DNA of 48,141 nt from Acidobacteriota bacterium (GCA_003222305.1 QHVQ01000026.1:1-48141); one strand, 5' to 3'; positions 1-9,017 are shown, numbered from the stretch's first letter. Translations and numbers: made by a program. Notes: a model not told the origin generated them from the sequence alone.

Positions 1-1
1 C

Positions 2-187
2 GAGGACGTGGGGGCACAGTCGGCAGAGCGAGTTCTCGAGATTCTGGGAGGCAAGTCTCCTGCGGAACTCAATGTGGCATTTCCTCGACGTGTGTCGCTA
101 TTCCTTAATCTGAGCACGGCCCGCGCGATTCACTTGGAGATTTCCCGAAAGATGCAGTCGGAGTCCCGGGTGGAGTTCAGGCGATGA
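2..187 (+). CDS. C-terminal fragment of a periplasmic substrate-binding-like protein (ABC_sub_bind/COG2984-like); 5' end lies outside the window
   Basis: The frame is open from the window edge to TGA at 185-187. The tail ...SAERVLEILGGKSPAELNVAFPRRVSLFLNLSTARAIHLEISRKM resembles C-termini of this binding-protein family. There is an ATGA stop/start overlap with the kinase gene. Confidence 0.4.
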   Translation, partial: EDVGAQSAERVLEILGGKSPAELNVAFPRRVSLFLNLSTARAIHLEISRKMQSESRVEFRR

Positions 188-2325
188 ACGAAGCTAAGGT
201 GCCTGGTCGCGTCGTGCAGAGACTCGCGATGTTCAGCCGGGGACTCCGGGGAAAGTTCATTCTCCTGATCTCGGCCCTGCTCATCACTACGTCCATGGCC
301 TTAGGCTGGGTCTTCCTGGTGAGAGAGGTGCGGGACGAAGGGAATAAGTTGAGTCAGAAGGGAACGCTTCTGGCGCGTAACCTGGCCAACGACGCGGAGC
401 TCGGGATCTTCGCCGCGAACCGAGAGACCTTGGCTTCCTTGGCGCAGAAAGTACTCAAGGAAGAGGACACCGCCTTCGTGGCTGTTTTGGACGAACGGGG
501 GAGCCCCCTTCTTACCCAGTCCCAGTCAGAATTTGCCATGCCTCCGCTCTCGAGTCTTCGAGAAAGCGCCCGGGGTGAGATTCCTGCGGGCCGGGTGGAG
601 GGAGGCGAGGTGCGCCTCTATCGGGATCCTCTGAGGCACGAGGAGTATTACCTCTCGCGCTTTCCTGTCCTGACCCAGAAAAAGCGCAACGTCGGCGAGG
701 AGATTGGGTTCCTCCCTGAGGCGGTCTCCTCGGCGCAGGGAGAGAGGGAGGAGATCGGTTCCGTCTATGTGGGCCTCAGCACTCGGGGCATGCGGGGCGG
801 GATACGCCGCCTGGAGAGAGCTCTGGGATTCGCCACCCTGGTGGTGATCGCCATCGGCATCCTTCTCACGGTGCTGCTGGTGCGAATCATTGCTGGACCG
901 ATCCACCAGTTAGTGGAGGCAACGCGGCGCATCGCTGGGGGGGACCTCGACGTGCTCCTCCACCTGGATTCCCAGGACGAGATCGGTGAGCTTGCCAAGA
1001 GCTTTAACCAAATGACCCTGAAGCTGCGGAAGTCCCGGGAAGACCTGGAGCGAACCAACCTGCAGCTGGAGCAGAAGGTACAGGAGCGGACCCAGGAGCT
1101 GGAGGAGGCTCAGAACCAGCTGGTACAGGTCGAGAAAATGTCGGTGGTGGGCCAGCTCGTTTCCGGAGTCGCCCACGAGCTCAACAATCCGCTCGCAGGA
1201 GTTCTCGGCTACTCGCAGCTCCTGTTGCGCATGGACCTTCCGGAGGAAGTGCGTCGAGGCCTCGACAAGATCGAATCCGAAGCCGAGCGCTGCCGCCGCA
1301 TCGTCCAGAACCTACTGATCTTCGCCCGCAGGAACAAGCCCCAGAAGCGTCCGGTAGACTTGAACACGGTCCTGGAGAGCGTCCTGGAGCTAAAGGCCTA
1401 CCAGTTCAAGGTGGACAACGTCCGGATTGAGCGGGACCTGGAGAACGACCTCCCATGCGTCATGGCCGACGCTTCGCAACTCCAGCAGGTGTTCATGAAC
1501 ATCATCCACAACGCGCAGCAGGCCATGCAAGGGCGGGGGAGCCCGGGAGTGATCACCCTCCGGACCCGTTACCGAGCGGGGCTCATCACGGTCTCTATCA
1601 CCGACGCGGGACCAGGAATCGCGCCCGAGAATCTCACTCGGATTTTCGACCCTTTCTTTACCACCAAGGAGGTAGGACAGGGCACCGGACTCGGCCTTTC
1701 CATCTGCTACGGCATCATCCAGGAACACCGAGGAAGGATCTGGGCCGAAAGTCTCTTGGGAAAGGGAAGCACCTTCTGTCTGGAAATCCCTGTCCATCCC
1801 GAAGAAAAGATCATCCCGGGAACCTTGTCAGCACCGGTGACAGCTCCGCGGGGCAGGGAGGAGGGAGCGTTCCCCTCGCCCGGCGCAGACTCCGGGCGCA
1901 TCCTGGTGGTGGATGACGAGACCTCGATCGTCGACATTCTCTGCGATGTCCTCCGTATGGACGGCCACCAGATCGAGACGGCGATCAACGGCCGACTGGC
2001 TCTCCACAAGCTTCAGTCCCAGCCCTTTGATGTGGTGATTTCCGACTTAAGAATGCCAGGGATGAGCGGTCAGGAGCTGTTCCGACGCCTGCGAGAGATC
2101 GACTCGGGGCTGGTGAGTCGGATCATCTTCACCACCGGGGACGTGGCCAGCCAGGACACGCAGAGCTTTCTGCAGGAGTCAGGAAGCCCTTACCTCCAGA
2201 AGCCCTTCGACCTGAACGAGGTCCGGCGGCTGGTGCAGACTATCCTATCGTCCCGCCGAGGCAGCCGTCCGGACCTTCCGGTCATCCTTCCCGGCGGCTC
2301 TCGCGATCGAGATCGCGTTTCTTGA
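184..2325 (+). CDS. Hybrid sensor histidine kinase (TM sensor, HAMP, HisKA, HATPase_c, C-terminal receiver)
   Basis: 713-aa ORF with two hydrophobic segments flanking a ~190-aa sensor region. It has a HAMP-like IAGPIHQLVEATRRIAGGDLD, a coiled coil and the H-box SGVAHELNNPL. ATPase boxes are HNAQQAM, DAGPGI and GTGLGLS. The receiver reads ILVVDDE...VVISDLRMPGMSG...KPF. Confidence 0.9.
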   Translation: MNEAKVPGRVVQRLAMFSRGLRGKFILLISALLITTSMALGWVFLVREVRDEGNKLSQKGTLLARNLANDAELGIFAANRETLASLAQKVLKEEDTAFVAVLDERGSPLLTQSQSEFAMPPLSSLRESARGEIPAGRVEGGEVRLYRDPLRHEEYYLSRFPVLTQKKRNVGEEIGFLPEAVSSAQGEREEIGSVYVGLSTRGMRGGIRRLERALGFATLVVIAIGILLTVLLVRIIAGPIHQLVEATRRIAGGDLDVLLHLDSQDEIGELAKSFNQMTLKLRKSREDLERTNLQLEQKVQERTQELEEAQNQLVQVEKMSVVGQLVSGVAHELNNPLAGVLGYSQLLLRMDLPEEVRRGLDKIESEAERCRRIVQNLLIFARRNKPQKRPVDLNTVLESVLELKAYQFKVDNVRIERDLENDLPCVMADASQLQQVFMNIIHNAQQAMQGRGSPGVITLRTRYRAGLITVSITDAGPGIAPENLTRIFDPFFTTKEVGQGTGLGLSICYGIIQEHRGRIWAESLLGKGSTFCLEIPVHPEEKIIPGTLSAPVTAPRGREEGAFPSPGADSGRILVVDDETSIVDILCDVLRMDGHQIETAINGRLALHKLQSQPFDVVISDLRMPGMSGQELFRRLREIDSGLVSRIIFTTGDVASQDTQSFLQESGSPYLQKPFDLNEVRRLVQTILSSRRGSRPDLPVILPGGSRDRDRVS

Positions 2326-2749
2326 TAGACTCGCGCTTGTCGTACAGCCTCTTGCCTCGGGCCACCGCCAACTCCACTTTCACCCGTCCGCCTTTCAGAT
2401 AGAGCTTGAGCGGCACCAGTGTCAGCGCCGCCGACTTGCGCTTGCGGTCCAGGCGGCGTATCTCTTCCCTGTGCAGCAGCAGCTTACGTTCTCGCAACGG
2501 CTCGTGGTTGTTGATGTTCCCGTGCGTGTAGGGGGAGATGTGGCAGTTGAGGAGCCACACCTCGCCGCCGCGGAGCACCGCATAGCTGTCCTTGAGGTTG
2601 GCGCGACCCTGACGCAACGATTTGACCTCGGTACCGGTCAGGGAAATTCCGGCTTCCATCCGCTCTTCGATGAAATAGTTGTGCGTCGCTTGCCGGTAGG
2701 TGGCGAGGATTCTCGTCCCTTGCTTGTCGGTCATGGAAGCACCCGGCAC
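2282..2749 (-). CDS. smpB: SsrA-binding protein SmpB
   Basis: 155-aa ORF that looks like SmpB along its full length (NYFIEERMEAGISLTGTEVKSLR...KLLLHREEI...LVPLKLYLKGGRVKVELAVARGKRLYDKRE). The start is ATG at 2749 or 2734. The 3' end overlaps the convergent kinase gene by 44 nt. Confidence 0.9.
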   Translation of the reverse strand: MPGASMTDKQGTRILATYRQATHNYFIEERMEAGISLTGTEVKSLRQGRANLKDSYAVLRGGEVWLLNCHISPYTHGNINNHEPLRERKLLLHREEIRRLDRKRKSAALTLVPLKLYLKGGRVKVELAVARGKRLYDKRESIKKRDLDRESRREG

Positions 2750-2828
2750 CGTGACGTTTGCCGAAGATTCGGCAGGTGGAAGCGGAGCTTAGCGTATCCG
2801 AAAAGGTCGAGCCGCCGCCACGGGAGCC

Positions 2829-2857
2829 TTGACACCCCAATGCCGGTGGACAAGAAT
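2829..2857 (+). promoter_or_regulatory. Candidate sigma70-type promoter for the PSP1 gene (TTGACA-17-AAGAAT)
   Basis: TTGACA at 2829-2834, a 17-nt spacer and AAGAAT at 2852-2857, in the divergent smpB/PSP1 intergenic region. Confidence 0.35.
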
Positions 2858-2923
2858 GACCTAAGGCTCAGGCCAGGGCGGGTAACGGGCCCGCGAGCCC
2901 GAGCAAGCACGGGAGGAGGTTCG

Positions 2924-3661
2924 ATGATGGAAGGGCAGGATTCGGGCCCCGAGATGAGTTGCGGGGGATGTTCCGTGGGCAGCAGCCGGCAAGTGGCGGT
3001 GGTGGGAGTCAAGTTCCACAATCTGGCCAAGCTGGAACATTTCAATTCGGAAGGGTTCGAGCTGGAGTTGGGGGACCAGGTGGTGGTGGAGAGCGAAGAT
3101 GGCGAACGCTTCGGCGTCGTCTCGGAGGCCACCAGCCGGATCCGCGGCGGGTGCGGAGTAGGGTGCATGAAGCGGGTGCGCCGACGCGCCACTCCTCTGG
3201 ACAGTGAATCGTTTCAGAGGAATGGGGTGAAGGAGAAGGAAGCGCTAGCCTATTGCAAAGAGAGGGTGCAGCAGCGTGGACTCCCGATGAGGTTGGTGAC
3301 TGCCGACCAGGCTTTGGATGGGCGGAAGGTCACCTTCTATTTCACCTCGGAAGGGAGAGTGGACTTTCGCGAACTCGTCCGGGATCTGGCCCAGAGGTTC
3401 CATACGAGAATCGAGATGCGACAGATCGGGGTGAGGGACGAATCGGGAGTGAAGGGGGGCTACGGCCCCTGCGGGAGGAACCTCTGCTGCTCAAGTTTTC
3501 TGAAGGAATTCGCTCCCGTCTCCATCCGAATGGCCAAGGAACAGAACTTGAGCTTGAATCCCTCCAAGATTTCGGGAATGTGCGGTCGACTCATGTGCTG
3601 CCTACGCTATGAGCATAGCGGGAAGGAGGCCCCCGCGACTTCGGAGCCAGTCTCAGCTTGA
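2924..3661 (+). CDS. PSP1 domain protein (RicT/YaaT-like)
   Basis: The C-terminal 245 aa of the 2471..3661 ORF match the PSP1 domain (VTFYFTSEGRVDFRELVRDLAQRFHTRIEMRQIGVRDE...GPCGRNLCCSSFL...SGMCGRLMCCLRYE). ATG at 2924 follows GGGAGGAGG. The upstream part of the ORF overlaps smpB and has no recognisable content. Confidence 0.8.
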   Translation: MMEGQDSGPEMSCGGCSVGSSRQVAVVGVKFHNLAKLEHFNSEGFELELGDQVVVESEDGERFGVVSEATSRIRGGCGVGCMKRVRRRATPLDSESFQRNGVKEKEALAYCKERVQQRGLPMRLVTADQALDGRKVTFYFTSEGRVDFRELVRDLAQRFHTRIEMRQIGVRDESGVKGGYGPCGRNLCCSSFLKEFAPVSIRMAKEQNLSLNPSKISGMCGRLMCCLRYEHSGKEAPATSEPVSA

Positions 3662-3680
3662 GGCCGGTGGAAGAGCCGGA

Positions 3681-4527
3681 TCACTCCTCTGAGCTCGAAG
3701 CATCTCCGGAGGCCTTCTGTTTCACAGCGCGTGCCACGCGGTAGACCTCCCTTCGCGGGATCCCGCAGCGCCGGGCCACGTCCCGCACGGCATCTCTCCG
3801 CGATAATCCGTACCGCACCATCGCTTCGCTCACGGCTCTACAGAGGTCCACTTCTCCCTGGGGTCGCACCTGGCCTTCTGCCGTCCCCTCCACCACGAGC
3901 GTGATTTCCCCCTTCATCGTCCGTTCGCCCGCTTCCTTAGCCAGAATCTCGAGGCTCCCGCGCAGGAATTCTTCGTGGATTTTGGTCATCTCGCGACAGA
4001 TTGCTGCCCGCCGGTCTCCGAAAATGGCCGCCATTTCCTGGAGGCTTCGGCCGACACGCCGCGGGGAATCGAAGAAGACCATCGTCTCCGTCCGGTCCCC
4101 GAGGGCCAACAGAAACCGCTTCCGCTCCCCGCTCCTGTGGGGAAGAAACCCGAGGAAGACGAAGCGGTCGGCCGGCAGGCCCGAAGCGATCAAAGCGGCC
4201 AGGGGAGCCGAGGGTCCGGGAACTGGCACTACCGGGGCTCCCTTCTCCACAGCCGCCCGGACCAGGCTGAAGCCGGGATCGGAGATGGAGGGAGTCCCGC
4301 CGTCCGTCACCAAAGCCAGGTCTTCCCCGGAGAGGAGCTTTTTCAGGAGCCCTGGGAGAATCCGGTGCTCGTTGAACCGGTGAAACGGGAGGGTGGGAGT
4401 GGCGATCCCATAATGGCCAAGAAGCTTCCTTCTGGGCAACCTGTTTCAGGACGCGGAGAGACCGCAGCGAGATGTCTTCGAGATTGCCAATCGGTGTGGC
4501 CACCAGATACAGCGAGCCGGATCTCAT
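3681..4527 (-). pseudogene. rsmI: 16S rRNA (cytidine1402-2'-O)-methyltransferase RsmI with a broken reading frame
   Basis: The N-terminus MRSGSLYLVATPIGNLEDISLRSLRVLKQV starts at ATG 4527 in one frame. The remainder, RRKLLGHYGI...GTPSISDPGF...VPGPSA...FLGFLP...REMTKIHEE, runs in another frame to the stop at 3681. The AEDTR-type segment expected between the two parts is missing. Confidence 0.75.
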
Positions 4528-4541
4528 AGCGATGTCGCCAC

Positions 4542-5396
4542 CTAGATTCCCCAGTCGCGAGGATAGCGGAAATCGACACCAATGGTGCGCTGGGACACCT
4601 TGGCGATAAGGGGGGTGCGCCGCTTGAACTGCGAGCGTTGAATCATGGACAGCATCCGGTCGACCATCTCGCGGGGGTATCCGGCGCGCATCGCCTCGGC
4701 GGGGTGACCCCGAAGATCCACAAGAAAGTAGAGCAGTCGGTCCACTCGGGCGTAGGGAAAGCCGATCTCCTTCTCGTCGGTCTGGCCGGGATACAGATCG
4801 GCGCTGGGAGTCTTGCGGAGGACCCGCCCGGGGACTCCCAGATGACGTGCCAGGTCCCGTACCTGAGTCTTGTAGAGGTCGCCCAAGGGATGGAGCGCGC
4901 AGGCCAGGTCGCCGTGGATGGTTCCGTAGCCCAGGAGCAACTCGGTCTTATTGCTGGTACCTAGCACCAGGGCGTGCTCGGCTGCGGAGAGGTCATAGAG
5001 GACGGACATGCGCTCTCTCGCCATCTTGTTTCCGCGTCGCCGTCGGCCCGCCCGGGGAAACAGGGAGAAGTAGGAGTCCACCATCGGCGAAATGTCGATG
5101 ACGACGTGGCGCGTCTTGAAACTTCGGCATATCGACTGGGCATCGCGGCGGCTGGAGGGTGTGCTGGTCTTGTAAGGCAGCATTGCCCCCAGCACCGATT
5201 CTCCGCCCAGCGCCCTTACGGCCAGCGCTAGAACCACGGCCGAGTCGATACCGCCTGAGACCCCCACCACTACGCGACGCAGGCCGGTTCGCAGGGTCTC
5301 ACGGCGGATGAAGTCCACCAGAAGGGCCTCGGTGAGATCCCGGTCGATGCAAAGCCGAATCGGGAAAGTGCTGCCGGAGTCGGAAGGGTCCTTCAC
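4542..5396 (-). CDS. nadE: NH3-dependent NAD+ synthetase (stand-alone synthetase domain)
   Basis: 284-aa ORF with the PP-loop VVVGVSGGIDSAV and later NadE-like blocks (LGTSNKTELLLGYGTIHGD, DLYKTQVRDLARHLGVP). GTG start at 5396. It lies 14 nt upstream of rsmI on the same strand. Confidence 0.85.
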   Translation of the reverse strand: MKDPSDSGSTFPIRLCIDRDLTEALLVDFIRRETLRTGLRRVVVGVSGGIDSAVVLALAVRALGGESVLGAMLPYKTSTPSSRRDAQSICRSFKTRHVVIDISPMVDSYFSLFPRAGRRRRGNKMARERMSVLYDLSAAEHALVLGTSNKTELLLGYGTIHGDLACALHPLGDLYKTQVRDLARHLGVPGRVLRKTPSADLYPGQTDEKEIGFPYARVDRLLYFLVDLRGHPAEAMRAGYPREMVDRMLSMIQRSQFKRRTPLIAKVSQRTIGVDFRYPRDWGI

Positions 5397-5405
5397 GGGA
5401 TCAAG

Positions 5406-5435
5406 AGTCTAGGACTTGCGCCAGAGCCCTGTCAA
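5406..5435 (-). promoter_or_regulatory. Candidate promoter for nadE (TTGACA-18-TAGACT on the minus strand)
   Basis: On the minus strand, TTGACA maps to 5435-5430 and TAGACT to 5411-5406. This would give a very short or absent leader before the GTG at 5396. Confidence 0.3.
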
Positions 5436-5443
5436 CGAAGGGA

Positions 5444-5472
5444 TTGCGTGTTCCATGTGAGGCCGCTATAAT
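5444..5472 (+). promoter_or_regulatory. Candidate promoter for efp (TTGCGT-17-TATAAT)
   Basis: TTGCGT at 5444-5449, a 17-nt spacer and TATAAT at 5467-5472, about 45 nt upstream of the efp ATG. GGGAGG lies just before the start. Confidence 0.45.
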
Positions 5473-5517
5473 GAATGACTTCGACGCCCAGGATTCGAAC
5501 TCGGGAGGTGGGACCGA

Positions 5518-6078
5518 ATGATCCCGGCAACCCAGCTGCGTACCGGAATGGCCATCGTCCACGAAGGCAACCTCTGCCGAGTCATGAAAGTGCAGCACAT
5601 CACTCCCGGAAACTGGCGCGGCATGGTGCAGGTCAAACTGCGCAATCTAAAGACAGGAAACAGCCTGGAGTATCGCTTCCGCTCGGAAGATCGGGTGGAG
5701 CGCGCGAGCCTCGAGCAGCACGAGGTAGAATTCCTGTACAAGGACGCCAACGGCTATCACTTCATGAACTCCGAGACTTACGAGCAGTTCTCCCTTCAGA
5801 ACGACCTCCTGGGCGACAATGTCTACTATCTAACCCCCAATATCAAGATTCAGATGGAGTTCAACGACGGGAATCCCGTGGGGATTGAGATGCCCATCAC
5901 TGTGGACCTCAAGGTGGTGGCCACCGATCCCGGTCTGAAGGGAGCCACGGCCACCAACTCGGGCAAGCCCGCGACCCTGGAGACAGGCCTGGTGGTCCAG
6001 GTCCCGCAGTTCATCTCGGAGGGGGAAGTAATCCGGGTGGACACCGCCGACGGAAAGTACCTTGAGAGGGCCAAGTAG
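5518..6078 (+). CDS. efp: Elongation factor P family protein (Arg-type, EfpL/YeiP-like loop)
   Basis: 186-aa ORF with full-length EF-P similarity (LRTGMAIVHEGNLCRV..., FLYKDANGYHFMNSETYEQF, DPGLKGATATNSGKPATLETGLVVQVPQFISEGEVIRVDT). Confidence 0.9.
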   Translation: MIPATQLRTGMAIVHEGNLCRVMKVQHITPGNWRGMVQVKLRNLKTGNSLEYRFRSEDRVERASLEQHEVEFLYKDANGYHFMNSETYEQFSLQNDLLGDNVYYLTPNIKIQMEFNDGNPVGIEMPITVDLKVVATDPGLKGATATNSGKPATLETGLVVQVPQFISEGEVIRVDTADGKYLERAK

Positions 6079-6090
6079 CCGGGCTCGCGT

Positions 6091-6873
6091 TCAGTAGCGG
6101 CTAAGAGCCCTCTCCTTGGCCGGCAGGATCTCCAGGCAGGTGGTCCACCAGCCCGTCAGAATGGTCTGAATGAACTCCTCCGGGAGCTTCTCCTCCGCCA
6201 TCTCCCGTGCTAGGCGCGTGTGATCATAGGCTACCGGAACGAACTCCACCCGCAGATCTCTCCCCGACGTCAGAAGCGTGTAGGTGACCTCGGGTCGCCC
6301 GTTGTTGGGGGGTCTCCCGATGACCCCGACGTTCACTACGTCTCGGTCCTCACCCAGCTTCCGATGCCAGTGGAGACCCGTGTGAGTAACCAGGAGCAAG
6401 TCGGACTGATGCGTACCCAGCATCCGCGAGAGGAATGAGGCCGAGGAGGTGGAGTACCAAAGGAATTCATTGATGCGCCGGGGCGAGCCGTGAGCCATGA
6501 GGACGCGGCGCCCGCCAAAATCCAATCGTCGCTGCGTGGGCAGCGTTCCCATCCAGTCCTTGGTGGTCTCGGAGGTTTTTAGGGAAGTGTATTCGTACGA
6601 GATCCGGGCGTAATGGTTGTCCCTGGGATCGGTGTAGCCGCAGTTGCAGTCGCCATGCCGCTGAGAGAGAGACTCCTCATAATTGCCCTGGATGCTGGCC
6701 ACCTGGAACCGCTCCAGCACGGGAAGAACCCGATCGGGATGGGGCCCGAAGGCCCCCAGATCGCCCAGGCAAAAGAGTGCCTCAGCCCCCCGCCCCTTCG
6801 CGTCCCGGCATACGGCCTCCAAAGCCAGGTAGTTGCTGTATACCCCGCCGAAGACTGCAATCGACTCGGGCAT
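6091..6873 (-). CDS. Metallophosphoesterase family protein (Metallophos_2-like)
   Basis: Motifs present are IAVFGGVYSN, CLGDLGAFGP, IQGNYEE, MAHGSP and VTHTG. ATG at 6873 follows AAGGGAG. The longer ORF start at 6915 would overlap the upstream gene. Confidence 0.8.
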   Translation of the reverse strand: MPESIAVFGGVYSNYLALEAVCRDAKGRGAEALFCLGDLGAFGPHPDRVLPVLERFQVASIQGNYEESLSQRHGDCNCGYTDPRDNHYARISYEYTSLKTSETTKDWMGTLPTQRRLDFGGRRVLMAHGSPRRINEFLWYSTSSASFLSRMLGTHQSDLLLVTHTGLHWHRKLGEDRDVVNVGVIGRPPNNGRPEVTYTLLTSGRDLRVEFVPVAYDHTRLAREMAEEKLPEEFIQTILTGWWTTCLEILPAKERALSRY

Positions 6874-6886
6874 CGAAGTTCTCCCT

Positions 6887-7759
6887 TCAGGTCCGGCAGG
6901 TGACGCCCTGCACATGACAGGTGTAACAGGATGGAAAGGCCAGCTCGAAGGGCCGTAGCGACTCGCTGAGGGTACTTCCCAGCCGAGCTTCCGGATGGTC
7001 GATCAAGAGGGGGCAGACGAACACTCCCTGGCTGGTGACCATGCGGCCGCTTCCGCACTGGAGCTTCTCGGGATCGATCACATCGCTCTCCGTCAGGCGT
7101 TCCCAGGAGTAATAGCCGCGATCCCGATTCTCCTCGGCACCCATGCGGAAAAGGGAGAGCACCTTGAGCCGAGGTTTGTCGAGCCCGAACGAGCGCAACG
7201 TTCTCAGGAAGCGTTTGCGGCCTTCCGGAGAGGCGATCCCCACCGCGAGCTCCGTTACCGTCATCACCGGATTCAGACCCGCTTCCCAGAGATTCTGGAT
7301 TCCCTTCACGGCCCTCTGAAACGTCCCCGCCCCACGGATCCGATCATGGTCTTCGGGGCCCCATCCATCCAAGCTGACGCGGAGGTCCAGCGAATAATCC
7401 GATCCCGAATCGAGCGCCCTGAGCTTCGCGCAGCGTTTCGGATCGAGGAGGAGGCCATTGGTGAGCACTGTCGCCGGTCCCAGCCTCAGAGTCGCCTCCA
7501 GGATTGGGAAAATCTCCCGGTTCATGAAGGGTTCTCCTCCCGTGAAGTAGTACTCCTTCACACCCAAGGCAGCCGCTTCCTTCAGGGTGCGACGCACCTC
7601 CTCCAGGCTGAGCATGGCGTGGGTGTGGTTGCGGGGGGAGCAGGCGATGAAGCAGTGAGTGCAGCGCAGATTGCAGAGGGTCCCCGCCACCTGAAACCAC
7701 ACGGTGTCCAGGGAGATCAAGGGAACCGTGGGACAGGCGCGGACCTGACGCTCCATCAT
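6887..7759 (-). CDS. Radical SAM protein with a Cys-rich C-terminal (SPASM/twitch-like) region
   Basis: The CxxxCxxC motif reads CNLRCTHC and is followed by FTGGEPF. C-terminal cysteines are ...QCGSG...VFVCPLL...PSCYTCHVQGVTC. The ATG overlaps the stop of the upstream gene by 4 nt. Confidence 0.85.
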   Translation of the reverse strand: MMERQVRACPTVPLISLDTVWFQVAGTLCNLRCTHCFIACSPRNHTHAMLSLEEVRRTLKEAAALGVKEYYFTGGEPFMNREIFPILEATLRLGPATVLTNGLLLDPKRCAKLRALDSGSDYSLDLRVSLDGWGPEDHDRIRGAGTFQRAVKGIQNLWEAGLNPVMTVTELAVGIASPEGRKRFLRTLRSFGLDKPRLKVLSLFRMGAEENRDRGYYSWERLTESDVIDPEKLQCGSGRMVTSQGVFVCPLLIDHPEARLGSTLSESLRPFELAFPSCYTCHVQGVTCRT

Positions 7760-9000
7760 GCGGGGATTCTCTCGGATGGCTGATAGAGGTCTAGCTCTGG
7801 CTCCCCCTGGATGAGGCGGAAGGCGTCCCGTATCTGCTCAAACCCGATTCGAAGTAGGAAAGATGAGCTCCTCCCGTAACTCTTGGATCCGAGTATGAAG
7901 AATCCGGGCTCGGGATGGGTGAGCGTCTCTGAACCGTGTCCGATTTGGGAGAGGCAGTCCACGGAGTTTTGGGACAGCAAGGCCGCCGCGAGCTTCATGG
8001 ATCCGAACGAGGCATAGCATTCATGAACCTGAAGCTCGGCATAGATGGAACGATTCGGCTGGTATCCCACGTTGGCGAGCACCCGGTCCACCGTGTAGAG
8101 CTCCGAGCCCTCGGAAGAGCGCAGCGCGACTCGGAGCGCACCCCCATTTCCCGGGTGAATGGAATCCACTTGCCGGCCCGCGAGGCGGCGGATGCGTCGG
8201 TCCCCCCGGGAGGCCAACCGGTTGGCTGCTTCCACCATGGCCGCACGGCCCGCCAAGGGGTCATCGGGGTGACTCTCGAAGGGTTGCTCGCGAGTGCTCC
8301 TCGTGATCCAGAGCAAAGAAGTGGAGGGGGCCTCTTCCACAAGGTCCTGAAAGGCCAGAGCCGAGGTGGCAGCTGAATAGCCGCACCCTACCAGAAGCGT
8401 TCGTTTCCCCTCATATCGCTTCCGGTCACGGCCCAGCGGATCGTCCAAAGTATAAGATACCGATTCGCGGGCGGCTCGCTCCCCGGGCGCTGGAACTCCT
8501 CCCATTCCCATCCAGTTGGGGTTATCGTAAGTCCCGGTGGCGTCCAGCACTCGGTCGGCGAGAATAGTTTTTTCACCCGCTGCCGTCTCTAAGAGGATGC
8601 GGAACGGGGATTCAAGCCTCTGAGCGCTGGCGATTCTATCCCCCTTGAGAAAGGCCTCGCGCCCCACGGCGATCACTCGGTGGCCTTCGAGGATTCGGCC
8701 ACGGAGAAGAGGAGAGTGGGCGAGCGGCAGCAGATAGCGGCGGCGGTGTTCGGCTCCTGAAATGAGGTCCTCGGCTCCGGGCAACGCCATCACGCCTGAG
8801 TGCTCCAGGATACGGCCTCCTAAGAGCGTGTGGTTCAATTTCCAGGGGGAAAAGAGTGTCACGTGTCCCCAGCGGGCAAGGTTCTCGCCGACGCGCCCCT
8901 GTTCCAGGACCGTAACGTCATGTCCGAGGGTGACTGCGTACAGCGCCGCCTCGAGGCCGATGGGGCCGGCGCCGAGGATTGCGATCCGTAGGCGGCTCAT
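7756..9000 (-). CDS. FAD/NAD(P)-binding oxidoreductase (flavoprotein, specific function unknown)
   Basis: The N-terminal Rossmann motif is RIAILGAGPIGLEAALYAVTLGHDVTVLEQG, and a second dinucleotide fold reads TLLVGCGYSAATSA. ATG at 9000 is chosen because the upstream 42 codons overlap the preceding gene. Confidence 0.75.
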   Translation of the reverse strand: MSRLRIAILGAGPIGLEAALYAVTLGHDVTVLEQGRVGENLARWGHVTLFSPWKLNHTLLGGRILEHSGVMALPGAEDLISGAEHRRRYLLPLAHSPLLRGRILEGHRVIAVGREAFLKGDRIASAQRLESPFRILLETAAGEKTILADRVLDATGTYDNPNWMGMGGVPAPGERAARESVSYTLDDPLGRDRKRYEGKRTLLVGCGYSAATSALAFQDLVEEAPSTSLLWITRSTREQPFESHPDDPLAGRAAMVEAANRLASRGDRRIRRLAGRQVDSIHPGNGGALRVALRSSEGSELYTVDRVLANVGYQPNRSIYAELQVHECYASFGSMKLAAALLSQNSVDCLSQIGHGSETLTHPEPGFFILGSKSYGRSSSFLLRIGFEQIRDAFRLIQGEPELDLYQPSERIPA

Positions 9001-9017
9001 GAAGGCCTTGCCTGGAC

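Noticed and set aside
2282-2325. Convergent 3'-end overlaps of 44-47 nt (kinase/smpB at 2282-2325, FAH/Fe-S module at 12734-12780, NPP/grpE at 30811-30857), considered as a possible antisense regulatory design.
   Set aside because: The overlapping tails are non-conserved extensions past the recognisable domain ends. This is most simply explained by the scarcity of stop codons in GC-rich sequence.
2471-2923. N-terminal extensions offered by the ORF track: 2471 for the PSP1 gene, 9126 for the flavoprotein, 20617 for the radical SAM-TPR gene, 13828 for the Fe-S module, 6915 for the phosphoesterase, 18800 for rluD, 45822 for groES and 45389 for groEL.
   Set aside because: The extensions overlap the neighbouring gene, lack family similarity, and internal starts with RBS-like GGAGG or ATGA/GTGA coupling fit better.
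5490-5520. tRNA T-arm-like string GGATTCGAACTC (reverse complement of GAGTTCGAATCC) just upstream of efp. It could be a tRNA gene or an integration-site remnant.
   Set aside because: The putative T-stem has a mismatch and no acceptor, D or anticodon arms can be drawn. The rest of the would-be tRNA would lie inside the efp coding sequence, and no integrase or repeat partner is nearby.
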